A DNA stretch of 64,000 nucleotides from an uncultured Acidobacteriota bacterium (GCA_963816795.1 CAWFLT010000001.1:375259-439258); one strand, 5' to 3'; positions 40,942 to 49,812 are shown, counted from the first letter of the stretch. Translations and numbers: made by a program. Notes: generated from the letters alone by a model not told the origin.

Positions 40942-41706
40942 ATGGGTGTCGTCCTGACGCCGATTGTCGAGCCGCAAACGATCGCGTTGAGCACGTTGCG
41001 CGATCGGACGCTGGCCGTGGACGGCAACGGTGAGCTGTACCAGTTCCTGGCGTTGATCAGGCTGCGCGACGGCACACCGCTGCAGGACGCGAACGGCCGG
41101 GTGACGTCTCACTTGTCGGGTCTGTTCTTCCGCACGACGCGGTTGATCGCGGAACACGGTCTCAAGCTCGCCTTCGTGTTCGACGGCGCTCCGCCTGCGC
41201 TCAAGGCCGCTGAGCTGGCACGACGCCGCGCGGTGAAGGCCACGTTCGAGCACGCGAGAGCGGAAGCGATCGCACGTGGCGATCTCGACCAGGCGTATGC
41301 CAAAGCCACGATGACCTCGCGGCTCACGCGCGAAATGGTCCAGGAGGCGCGCGAACTGCTCCGCCTCCTCGGCGTGCCGACACTTCAGGCGCCGTCAGAA
41401 GGCGAAGCGCAGGCCGCCCACATGGCGCGGACCGGTCGCGTCTGGGGATCGGCCAGCAAGGACTACGACACGCTGCTGTTCGGCGCCCCGAAACTGCTGC
41501 GGTTCCTGACGATTTCCGGGAAGGAGTTTCTGCCGAGCGTCGGAAAGTTTCGTCCGCTCGTTATGAAGGAAATGAAGGGATTGAAGTTCATGAAGAATTG
41601 GTTTTCGAAAGCCAAACCCTTCATGTGCTTCATCTCCTTCATTCCCTTCATGTCAAGGTTTTGGACACGCGTCAGAAGCGGAAACCGAAGCCAAACCTGG
41701 AGCTGA
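40942..41706 (+). pseudogene. Archaeal/eukaryotic-type flap endonuclease FEN-1 (XPG N+I domains), truncated after about 205 aa
   Basis: ATG 40942. Motifs MGVVLTPIV, LAVDGNGELYQFL, GRVTSHLSGLFFRT, FVFDGAPPALK, LQAPSEGEAQAAHMA, SKDYDTLLFGAPKLLRFLTISGK. These are near-colinear with Pyrococcus-type FEN-1 as I recall it. Homology stops at ...GKFRPL (~41556), the H3TH region (GTDYN) is absent, and the last ~45 codons are Family B repeat. Confidence 0.75.
41563..41652. repeat. Family B element: 90-bp imperfect hairpin of ATGAAGG-type units centred on TTCGAA
   Basis: The left arm 41563-41606 pairs with the right arm 41607-41652 at about 36 of 44 positions. Lies between convergent FEN-1 and OMP genes. 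Confidence 0.8.
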
Positions 41707-42304
41707 AGTTGTTGCTCGTGCACGACTCGCCCCAGCACGGCGGCGCGGAGCTCCGATGCCAGACCATCGTGTCGCCGATATCGAAGCGCAGGATCGTTCG
41801 CGGCGACGGATAGAACTCCAGGACGCCGCCGAGATCCAGCGCGAACTCCGTCCGGTACTCGGGCACCACCAGGAGCCGCGTCGAGATCAGCGCACAGACG
41901 TCACCGGCGCAGTCGACGCCCTGGTCCGAGAGCGACGTGAACCCGGGCCGGACCTTGCCGAACAGGCCAATCCGCTGGTTTCTGACCCCCATCTTCGGGC
42001 CAAAGAACGCCTCGGCCCGGCGGCGCCGATAGATCGTGCCCAATTCCGGCACGGAACTCATCACGGTGACGTCGTCGTTCGGAAACAGCGTGAACTCACT
42101 CTCGAGCGTCATCCAACGCAATGGATCGTAGGAGAACCGGCCGCCCAGCCCGGCGTTGGTGGCGGCGAAGTCGCTGAGGTGGATTGCCGAGAACTGGCCG
42201 CCGACTTCGAACTTGGGAGCGGAGGATTGCGCGAGCGCGGAACCCGCCGATCCAAGACTAATCAGGGCGGTGGCGAAGAACAGTGAACGGAATCGAACGG
42301 GCAT
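41672..42304 (-). CDS. Outer-membrane beta-barrel protein (OmpA-like/OmpW-like small barrel)
   Basis: Signal MPVRFRSLFFATALISLGSAGSALA, alternating beta-strand pattern, C-terminal ...RFGFGFRF. Confidence 0.7.
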   Translation of the reverse strand: MPVRFRSLFFATALISLGSAGSALAQSSAPKFEVGGQFSAIHLSDFAATNAGLGGRFSYDPLRWMTLESEFTLFPNDDVTVMSSVPELGTIYRRRRAEAFFGPKMGVRNQRIGLFGKVRPGFTSLSDQGVDCAGDVCALISTRLLVVPEYRTEFALDLGGVLEFYPSPRTILRFDIGDTMVWHRSSAPPCWGESCTSNNFSSRFGFGFRF

Positions 42305-42382
42305 TGAGCGAGCTCCTTACAGACTGGCGACGCGTGCGATCTGGCAATCGTACCGCGTTCAGTACTGCAAGCGTCATGCCTG

Positions 42383-43276
42383 TCAGGTTTTGGCTAGCCT
42401 CCGAAATATCCCCGCCGCGCGTGAGACCACGTAGCGGTCGGCATCCGGCGCCGTCACGCGGACGTCGACGTCGTGCCATCCATTGGCATCAACGCCGGAG
42501 ACGGTGTATCGCAGCACGTAGCTCTGCCGGAAGTCATTGAGGACGCGGCGGAGGGCGCTGACGGCGTCGTGAAACTGGCCCGGCGCGTGGACGGTGCCGC
42601 CGGTGGCTTCAGCCGCGTCCCGGAGCGATCGGATGGTCGGCGGGAAACTGTCGGGGCTGCCAGAAAGCACGAGATGCAGCGCGCAATCGGATCGGCGGGC
42701 GATGTCGGCGAGCGTCGAGGCGGTGACGACGCTCGAGGTGTCGACACCGTCGGAGAACGCGACGACAAGCTGGCGCCGGCCGGGCTCGGGACGGCGGACG
42801 AGCGCCAGGAGCAGCGCGTCGTGCAGCGCGGTGGTGCCGCTCGAGAGAAGACGGTTCATCGGCAGACGTTCACCGGCGGGCGTCAGCGGGAACACCTCGA
42901 CCACCTCGGTCGAGAAGGCGATCAGGCGCACTCGATCCCGGTCGCGCAGCATCTGCGCGACCGTTTCGGCGCTCGACTTGAAGCGCGCAATGGCTTCGGC
43001 CGTGCTCGAGCTCGCGTCAAGAACGAGCGTCAGGTCCACGGGCACCGATTCGAGCGACAGCGCCTCGATCTTCTGCGTGACGCCGTTGTCCGTGAGCGCG
43101 AAGTCCGACGTGCCGAGCGACGTGATCGGCGTGTTGCCGCGCCGGACCGCGACGGTGATCGAGACGGCGTCAGTCGACGCGCGGAACACCTGCTGAGCGG
43201 CCGGCCGATCGCCCGCCACGAGAACGACGAGCGCGATGGCCGCGCAGGAAACGAGCGCAGTGGAAACGCGAGTCAT
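42383..43276 (-). CDS. VWA-domain protein (VWFA-related acidobacterial domain type)
   Basis: ATG 43276 forms an ATGA overlap with the upstream gene. Signal, then DLTLVLDASSS (MIDAS-like). The canonical ending ...ARRGYFGG* is in the +1 frame from about 42424 (stop 42396..42394), suggesting one more single-base insertion. Confidence 0.75.
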   Translation of the reverse strand: MTRVSTALVSCAAIALVVLVAGDRPAAQQVFRASTDAVSITVAVRRGNTPITSLGTSDFALTDNGVTQKIEALSLESVPVDLTLVLDASSSTAEAIARFKSSAETVAQMLRDRDRVRLIAFSTEVVEVFPLTPAGERLPMNRLLSSGTTALHDALLLALVRRPEPGRRQLVVAFSDGVDTSSVVTASTLADIARRSDCALHLVLSGSPDSFPPTIRSLRDAAEATGGTVHAPGQFHDAVSALRRVLNDFRQSYVLRYTVSGVDANGWHDVDVRVTAPDADRYVVSRAAGIFRRLAKT

Positions 43277-44538
43277 CGCAGTGCCGCCCTCATCTGGTTG
43301 AAGTACTCCGGAAGCAGACGCTGATCGCCCAGGCGGTAGGCCCGCCACGGATCGGGAGCCGGCCCGCCCTCGAGGAAGAGATCCTCGGCGAGCGCGGCCG
43401 CTTCGGCGCGGGCGCCGGTCTGGAACAGCCGCGCGATGAGCAGTGACGTTGCCGAGTGCGCCCGGGGATACAGATTCAGCGCGGCACGATACGCGTCGAT
43501 CGCCTGTGCGGGCTCGGCCTGGCGTTCCTGGATCGTGCCGGTCACGAGATGCGCCAGATAGGTGACGTGCGGATCGCGGCTCAGGGTGACGGCGAGGGCG
43601 AGATGCTCGAGCGCCTGCTCGCGCTCCGCAAAGCGAAACTCGATGAGCGCGAGCCGGACGAGCGCCTCGGCAGCCACCGTTGGGTAGCCGACCAGCGCGC
43701 GGTATTGCTCCTTCAGGCGTTGGAGATCCGCGATCTGCGCCAGCGCACGGGCGGCCACTGGTTTCGCGCTTGGCAGCCGCCGTCCCGATCCGTCGGACGC
43801 CAGGACCTGGCCCGCGCGCAGGCTCTGGAGATAGGCCGGATCGATCTCGCCCGCCATCATCGCGAAGCGGTGATTCAGATCCCGTCCGGGCCCGCCGGCT
43901 TCCCAGGTGAGGGTTTCGGCCGCGATGGCTTCCGCCAGCATCAACCGTGGCTCGTCGGGAAATCGCGCCCGTGCGTGACGCAGATGCCCCTGTCGCCGTT
44001 CGTTCTCAGTCGGGTTGCGCGTGACCGGCATCGGCTTGCCCGAGGGCAGGTGCTGCCCGATGACGAGCGCCCAGTCTTCGGCCGTCTGCGCCACCGCCAC
44101 CGCCGCGAGATGCCAGATCCGCTCGCCCGACCACGCGCTCGACCCGGCACCGACGTGCCCACAGCCCCACGCGAGCAGCGCCGGGGCGTAGGCCCAATCG
44201 GGCGTGCCGGCCCACTGACGCACGACGTCCAGGGCGAACGTCGCCGCCAAGGCACTGCGATTCGTCTGGGCGCCGCCCTCGGCGATCCAGTCCCGGACGT
44301 CGTCTCGAAACGCGCGGACAGCGGCGGCCTTGTTGGGCTGAAACGCAAACGTGCGGGCGCTTCGATCGTCGCCGTCCGCATACCGGGTGAGCATCTGCGC
44401 CGCCGGCGATGACCGCAGGCGGGCGGGCGCGTCTGGAAGCGTCTGCACGGCGACCGCGCCGCGGCCGCACACCAGCATCACCAGGCTGCTCGTAGCGACC
44501 CATCGGATTGCCGTGCTCGCACCCGCTCGGTGACTCAT
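43273..44538 (-). CDS. Secreted hypothetical protein with a C-terminal TPR-like helical region
   Basis: Intact 421-aa ORF, translationally coupled to the VWA gene. The helical-repeat-like C-terminus (AIDAYRAALNLYPRAHSA) is only weakly diagnostic. Confidence 0.5.
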   Translation of the reverse strand: MSHRAGASTAIRWVATSSLVMLVCGRGAVAVQTLPDAPARLRSSPAAQMLTRYADGDDRSARTFAFQPNKAAAVRAFRDDVRDWIAEGGAQTNRSALAATFALDVVRQWAGTPDWAYAPALLAWGCGHVGAGSSAWSGERIWHLAAVAVAQTAEDWALVIGQHLPSGKPMPVTRNPTENERRQGHLRHARARFPDEPRLMLAEAIAAETLTWEAGGPGRDLNHRFAMMAGEIDPAYLQSLRAGQVLASDGSGRRLPSAKPVAARALAQIADLQRLKEQYRALVGYPTVAAEALVRLALIEFRFAEREQALEHLALAVTLSRDPHVTYLAHLVTGTIQERQAEPAQAIDAYRAALNLYPRAHSATSLLIARLFQTGARAEAAALAEDLFLEGGPAPDPWRAYRLGDQRLLPEYFNQMRAALR

Positions 44539-44637
44539 CCTGTGCCTCTTGGTGCATGAGACGGCAAATCGTCCGATCTGACCGATGAGGTTTCGATGGG
44601 GTTTTGATGGGGCGGACGGCCCTCTTTACAATGAATC

Positions 44638-45102
44638 GTGCCCGCTCGAGAGTGTTACCACTGCAAGCAGCTGATCGCCGAAGGCGAGCCGCACGACTGC
44701 TGGACGACGACGGAAGCCGCGCTGACGCGAGATCTCTCGGAGGACCTGCGGGAGGCCTGGGAGCGGCTGCGCGCAACGGCCGAGAAGTTTGGCGAGCAGC
44801 GCATCTACGCGTCGCACCACTCGATCATGTTCTCGCGGGCGTCTTGCTACTTTTTCGTGCGGCCGAAGCGGAAGTTTCTCGAGGTCTGTGTCTTCCTCGG
44901 GCGCCCCGTGAAATCGGCGCTGGTCCATCGCGTCGATCCGGCGTCGAAATCGAAGATCGTGCACACGTTCCGAATCACGCATCGCGACCAGGTGGAGCCG
45001 CCGTTCACTGAGTGGCTGCGGGAGGCGTACGATTTACCGGCAAAACTGGCGACCGGTCAGGCGAGAAAGCGCCAGCTCGGCGTCGGAAAACATCCACCAT
45101 GA
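44638..45102 (+). CDS. DUF5655-like protein
   Basis: Intact 154-aa ORF (GTG start). IYASHHSIMFSRASCYFFVRPKRKFLEVCVFLGR resembles DUF5655. Its stop codon lies in the first unit of a Family B array. Confidence 0.5.
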   Translation: MPARECYHCKQLIAEGEPHDCWTTTEAALTRDLSEDLREAWERLRATAEKFGEQRIYASHHSIMFSRASCYFFVRPKRKFLEVCVFLGRPVKSALVHRVDPASKSKIVHTFRITHRDQVEPPFTEWLREAYDLPAKLATGQARKRQLGVGKHPP

Positions 45103-45818
45103 AGACGTGAAGGCCTGAAGAACAACTAGGGAAACCCTTGCGATCACACGCGCGAGCGCGCGTCAGGGGGGATAAAGCGTTTCAAGGGATCGTGCTGCAT
45201 TTCCAGCCAGGAACGCCCTTCATTCACGACTCGGTCGCTGTCGCCTGGACGACAGCACAATGCTCGTGACGCCCTGCACCAGACGCTGGACGTTGAAGTT
45301 GATGATCAGCGCCTGCGGGACGTCCAGTAACTTGAGGTACGTCAGTGCCTGGGCGCGGTGTATGGGCAGGACCTTCGCAATCGCCTTCAGCTCGACGAGC
45401 AACTCGCCTTCGATCAGGTAGTCAACGCGGTACCCCCAATCGAGCTTGATCCCCTTGTACCGCAATGGCAGCGAGGCTTCGCGAACGAAGCTGAACTCAG
45501 ACACGCTCAACTCATGGGCGAAGCACTGATCGTACGTCGACTCCAACAAGCCCGGGCCAAGTTGGCGATGGACCTCAATCGCACACCCAATCACCTTCCG
45601 AGCCAGGGGCGTCTCGTAGTACGACATGCAGCCGTCCGTGCAAGCAGCCTGCCAGCGTGGTCGCGCCAGAATTTCAAGAGTTCCTGATGGGAGTTGCAGT
45701 TTCTGCAATGCCCGGCGATCTTCTTGACGTGCTTGACCTCCGGACGCGCCGTTGCCCGTGTGATCTTTGAGGGTTTCGCCAACCCTTCTTCACGGTCTTC
45801 ACGTCTTCATGGTGAAGG
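45099..45818. mobile_element. Candidate MITE-like cassette: GxxExxY gene bounded by ~25-nt imperfect terminal inverted repeats of Family B units
   Basis: Left is ATGAAGACGTGAAGGCCTGAAGAAC (45099-45123). The reverse complement of 45786-45810 is ATGAAGACGTGAAGACCGTGAAGAA, with the first 14 nt identical. Lower-GC interior. Inserted between convergent genes. Confidence 0.35.
45220..45627 (-). CDS. GxxExxY protein (PDDEXK_3 nuclease-fold family)
   Basis: ATG 45627 inside track ORF 45220..45708. Motifs GPGLLESTY (GxxExxY), DYLIEGELLVELKA, LIINFNV. Confidence 0.8.
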   Translation of the reverse strand: MSYYETPLARKVIGCAIEVHRQLGPGLLESTYDQCFAHELSVSEFSFVREASLPLRYKGIKLDWGYRVDYLIEGELLVELKAIAKVLPIHRAQALTYLKLLDVPQALIINFNVQRLVQGVTSIVLSSRRQRPSRE

Positions 45819-45826
45819 TTTTTCGA

Positions 45827-46945
45827 CTACCGCTTGAACGTGATCTTCTGTACTCGCCAGTTGGTCATCTCGCCGACGAGCAACTCGGAGTCGTTGCGGC
45901 AGTCGATGGAATTGGCGAGCCCGAACTGCTTGGGCAGTTTGCCGGCCGCGCCGAACCGGCCGACCACTTTCCCGTCGAGCTGCACTTTGTAGATCTCCGC
46001 GTCCTCCATCCCGTCGTCATCGCCGGCGTGCGAGATGTAGAGGTACTGCGTCGTGCCGCGGGTCAGGCACATCGTGAGGGGCGTGCCGACGCCGCCGAAC
46101 TCGGATTTGAACGTGCCGGACAGATCGAAGACCTGGATGCGCTTGTTGCCGCGGTCCGCGACGTAGAGATTGTCTCGCGCGTCGATCGCCAGGGCCTTGA
46201 CGCCGTTGAACTGGCCGGGGCCGGAGCCGGTCGAGCCCCAGTGCGCGATGAAGCGCCCGTCCTTGTCGAACTTCGCGACTCGATTGTTGTTGCCGATGCC
46301 GTCGGCGACGTAGATGTTGCCGGCGCGATCCCAGGCGACGTCGGCCGGTCGATTGAAGCTCGAGCCCGGTGTTCCAGACCCGGCGCCTGGTGCCGGAGCC
46401 GCTGGCGGGGGCGGTGGCGGCGGCTGAGCCGCGCCCGCTGCTGGAGGAGCGCCGGCCGCGCCGCCGCGCGCCCCGGGCGGCTGCGCCGGCCGGACGCCGA
46501 TCGCTTCCGGTTTGCGGCCGAGCACGAGGGCGATGCGTCCGTCGGGATCGAACTTGACCACTTGATTCGCCGCGGCGTCGATCGTCCACACGTTGTCCTG
46601 CGGATCGATACGCAGTCCGATCGCGGCGTTGAACCCGTAGACGTCCTGGCCGAGCTCGCGGACGAACTTGCCGGACGGATCGAACTGGAAGAGTCGCGAT
46701 CCGCCGCGGGCGAACGTGCGGTTGTCGCCGACGGTCGCGTACGGGTGGCCGGTTCGCGTGTAGACGAAAATCTGACCCTTCGAATTCGCCCCGACGCCGG
46801 CAACTTCGCCGACGTAGATGTCGTTGGGCGTTTTCAGCACATCGACGTCGGTGTCAAACGGCAGGACGGGCGGCGCCGTTTGTGCGGCGAGGCTGCCGAC
46901 GATCGCCATCGCAAGAACCGGAAGCGCGCGGACAAGTCGTGACAT
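45827..46945 (-). CDS. NHL-repeat beta-propeller protein (secreted)
   Basis: Intact. Signal; repeated NRPADVAWDRAGNIYVADGIGNNRV / FNGVKALAIDARDNLYVADRGNKRIQVF units. Carries a 45-aa P/A/G-rich insert. Confidence 0.8.
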   Translation of the reverse strand: MSRLVRALPVLAMAIVGSLAAQTAPPVLPFDTDVDVLKTPNDIYVGEVAGVGANSKGQIFVYTRTGHPYATVGDNRTFARGGSRLFQFDPSGKFVRELGQDVYGFNAAIGLRIDPQDNVWTIDAAANQVVKFDPDGRIALVLGRKPEAIGVRPAQPPGARGGAAGAPPAAGAAQPPPPPPPAAPAPGAGSGTPGSSFNRPADVAWDRAGNIYVADGIGNNNRVAKFDKDGRFIAHWGSTGSGPGQFNGVKALAIDARDNLYVADRGNKRIQVFDLSGTFKSEFGGVGTPLTMCLTRGTTQYLYISHAGDDDGMEDAEIYKVQLDGKVVGRFGAAGKLPKQFGLANSIDCRNDSELLVGEMTNWRVQKITFKR

Positions 46946-46957
46946 GGTGCGCTCCCC

Positions 46958-48040
46958 TCAGCGGGCGGCCGGCGCAAGCGACGCGCCGGGCTTCAGCAGA
47001 ATCTTCTGCGACCGCCAGTTGTTGATCTCGGCGGTGTAGATCACATTCGGGTCGCGGCAATCCATTTGATGGGTGGTGGCGAACTCCCCCACCGCCTTGC
47101 CGCCGCGACCGAACTTCCCGAGGATCGTGCCGTCCAGCTCCATCTTGTACACCTCCCCGGTGAACTCGGCCGACGCGGCCGGTGCGCTATCCGGCCACGA
47201 GTTGGACACGAAGAGGTACTGCTTGCCGGGATTCTTCGGCCCGGGGCCGCCCGACACACAGACGCCCCATGGATTGCCGACGTTGGAGTAGTTGGCCTTC
47301 CAGTTCAGGTCGTTGTCGAGCACCTGCACGCGAGCGTTGCCGCGATCGCCGACGTAGACGTTGCCCTGAAAGTCGGTCGCGATCGAGTGCGGCGTGTTGA
47401 ACTGGAGCTGGCCGTTGCCGCGCGTCCCGACCGCCTTGACGAAGCGGCCGTCACGGTCGTACTTCACGACGCGGGCATCGAAGTAGCCGTCGGACACGAA
47501 GATATTGCCCTGCTGATCGAATGCGACGTCGGTCTGCCGGCCGAAGCGATACTTCGCGTTGCGTCCATGAAAGGCGCCGGCCCCCGGCATGTTCGACAGC
47601 ATCGCGACGGGATCCTCCCGGCGGCCGATGGTCATCAACACCTTGCCCGCCGGGCTGAACTTGATCAGCATGTCGGTGCCCTCGTCCACCGCCCAGACGT
47701 TGTCTTGCGCGTCGACGCGCACCGAGTGCGCGAAGGCGAAACCGTAATTGTTGCGGCCGATCTCGCGGACGAACATCCCTTGCGGCGAGTACTCGAACAG
47801 TCGCGTCTCGTTCGCGCGGTGGTAGATGTAAATCGCGCCCTTCGAGCTGGTCGCGATCCCCATGTTCTCGCCGGTGTAGATGCCTGGCGGATTCTTGAAG
47901 AAATTGGGGACGGCTTCGTGCGGAATCACTGGTACGTTGGTCGCGGTCGCACGCGTCTGGGCGGCGATGCCTTCAGGCGGACGCAGAACCACCGCCGCGA
48001 TCGCGATCGCGGCGAGCGAAGTCAAGACGCGTCGGTTCAT
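46958..48040 (-). CDS. NHL-repeat beta-propeller protein (paralog)
   Basis: ATG 48040 inside track ORF 46958..48142. Signal MNRRVLTSLAAIAIAAVVL. FNTPHSIATDFQGNVYVGDRGNARVQVL units. No low-complexity insert. Confidence 0.8.
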   Translation of the reverse strand: MNRRVLTSLAAIAIAAVVLRPPEGIAAQTRATATNVPVIPHEAVPNFFKNPPGIYTGENMGIATSSKGAIYIYHRANETRLFEYSPQGMFVREIGRNNYGFAFAHSVRVDAQDNVWAVDEGTDMLIKFSPAGKVLMTIGRREDPVAMLSNMPGAGAFHGRNAKYRFGRQTDVAFDQQGNIFVSDGYFDARVVKYDRDGRFVKAVGTRGNGQLQFNTPHSIATDFQGNVYVGDRGNARVQVLDNDLNWKANYSNVGNPWGVCVSGGPGPKNPGKQYLFVSNSWPDSAPAASAEFTGEVYKMELDGTILGKFGRGGKAVGEFATTHQMDCRDPNVIYTAEINNWRSQKILLKPGASLAPAAR

Positions 48041-48168
48041 GGAGGGGCTCCGCGGGCAATCTAGCACGAAGGGCATGACGCCTGGCTGGGAAGATCGGCG
48101 CAACGGGCGCCAAACCGTGGCATCATGCGCGCACCGTCCCATTGACGGTCTGACCTCTGGAGCAGGAC

Positions 48169-49441
48169 ATGAGCAAACGACACTCGTCGATGTTCTCCGT
48201 CACGGCGTTCGCACTGGTTTCGGTCCTCGTCGCGTCGGCGCAGCAGCAGCCGCCACCGCCGGCGCCACCAGCCCAGGCCGCACCGGCACCAGGGGGACGC
48301 GGCGGGCCCCAGACGCCGCCGGTCGTGTCGCCGGAGGTCCTCGCCGATCGCCGGATCACGTTCCGTCTCTCGGCGCCGCAGGCGCAGAACGTGCGCCTGA
48401 GCGGCGGCGACATTCCGGGCCTCGGTCAGAACAACGTGCTGACCAAAGGCGAGAACGGCGTGTGGGAGCTCACCGTCGGCCCGGTGGTCCCCGGGCGCGT
48501 ATCGGTACACGTTCAATGTGGATGGCGTCACCGTGCTCAATCCGCGGAGCCCGATCACGAGCGAGTCCAACACCAACGTGTGGAGCATGGTCTACGTGCC
48601 GGGCTCGGACACGATGGACACGCGTGATGTGCCGCACGGCGCAGTCGCGATGATCCCGTATTACTCGACGGCACTGAAGCGCGACCGGCGCATGCACGTC
48701 TACACGCCCCCGGGCTACCAGGCCGGGCGCGATCGCTATCCGGTCTTCTACCTGCTGCACGGCGCGAGCGATTCCGACGCCGCCTGGTCCACCGTCGGGC
48801 GCGCCGGATTCATCCTCGACAACCTCATCGCCACGAAGAAAGTGAAGCCGATGATCGTCGTCATGCCGGCGGGCCACACCAATCCGCCCGCGGCCGGACG
48901 AGGCGCCGCTGCAGGAGGCACGCCGGTGCCGAATGCGACCGAAGAGTTCGTCTCGGATTTCCTGACTGACGTCCTGCCCTACATCGAGAAGAACTATCGC
49001 GTGATCGCCGAACGGAACAGCCGCGCGATCGCCGGTCTGTCGATGGGCGGCAATCAGACGCTGCAGATCGCCGTGCCGCAGCTCGACAAGTTCGCGTACG
49101 TCGGCGTCTTCAGCTCAGGTCTGCTCGGTGGTGGTGGCGGACGCGGCGCGGCGCCAGCAGCGGCCGCCGGCGCGGCCCCCGCGGCGCCACCGCCACCGTT
49201 TGGCGCGGCGTTCGAAGAGCGCTACGGCACCATGCTCGGCAACGCGGCGTTGCGCAAGGGCCTCAAGGTCTTCTGGTTCGCGACCGGCAAGGACGACGGC
49301 TTGATCACGACGACGCGATCGACGGTCGAGCTGTTCAAGAAGCACGGCTTCTCGCCGGTGTTCAAGGAAACGGCCGGCGGCCACACGTGGCTCAACTGGC
49401 GCGACTACCTGATCGAGTTCGCGCCGATGCTGTTCCAGTAG
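48169..49441 (+). CDS. Secreted esterase (putative esterase/CE1-like alpha/beta hydrolase with N-terminal Ig-like/CBM48-like domain), one frameshift near 48492
   Basis: Track ORFs 48169..48627 and 48518..49441 join at ...ELTVGPVVPG|(A)YRYTFNVDGV. YPVFYLLHGASDSD, and GLSMGG as the nucleophile elbow. Confidence 0.75.
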
Positions 49442-49473
49442 GTGTCTGAAAGAGCTTCAACCACAAGACCTCA

Positions 49474-49735
49474 ACGTGAAGGTCGTGAAGAAGGGCAAAC
49501 TTTGGGTTTGCTGGCCGCGTCAACCGACGCATTCAGACTTCTGGCCGCGTCCCAGAGCGGTCTCGAGCGACCGAAGCACGTGAAGCTCTCCCGCTGAATA
49601 GCTCACGCGCGGCTGTGGGGTTGCCTGTACAAGTCCTTCATCCCCGAATCAGCGCCAGTAGCTGACGGAGGGTTGCGCCTCTTGCCGAACCGTCTTCAGT
49701 CCTTCACGACTTCACGGTAAATGTTTTTCACGGGT
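49474..49735. repeat. Family B inverted arrays flanking a ~190-bp ORF-less interior (empty-cassette-like)
   Basis: Left is CGTGAAGGTCGTGAAGAAGG (49474-49498). The reverse complement of the right array (49692-49735) is CGTGAAGTCGTGAAGGACTGAAGACGG. Confidence 0.6.
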
Positions 49736-49812
49736 GTCGAGAATCGCGACTCGGCTCCGACCTGCTTGTGAAAACACGGGAGAACGACTTCTCCCCAAAT
49801 CAGGAGCCGTCC

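Noticed and set aside
45099-45818. Integron cassette/attC interpretation of the GxxExxY unit
   Set aside because: There are no GTTRRRY core sites, no attC-like imperfect palindrome with extrahelical bases, and no integrase nearby.
49499-49691. Hidden small gene inside the ORF-less Family B pair
   Set aside because: No frame gives a convincing ORF or SD. Only a short direct repeat, CTGGCCGCGTC x2, was seen.
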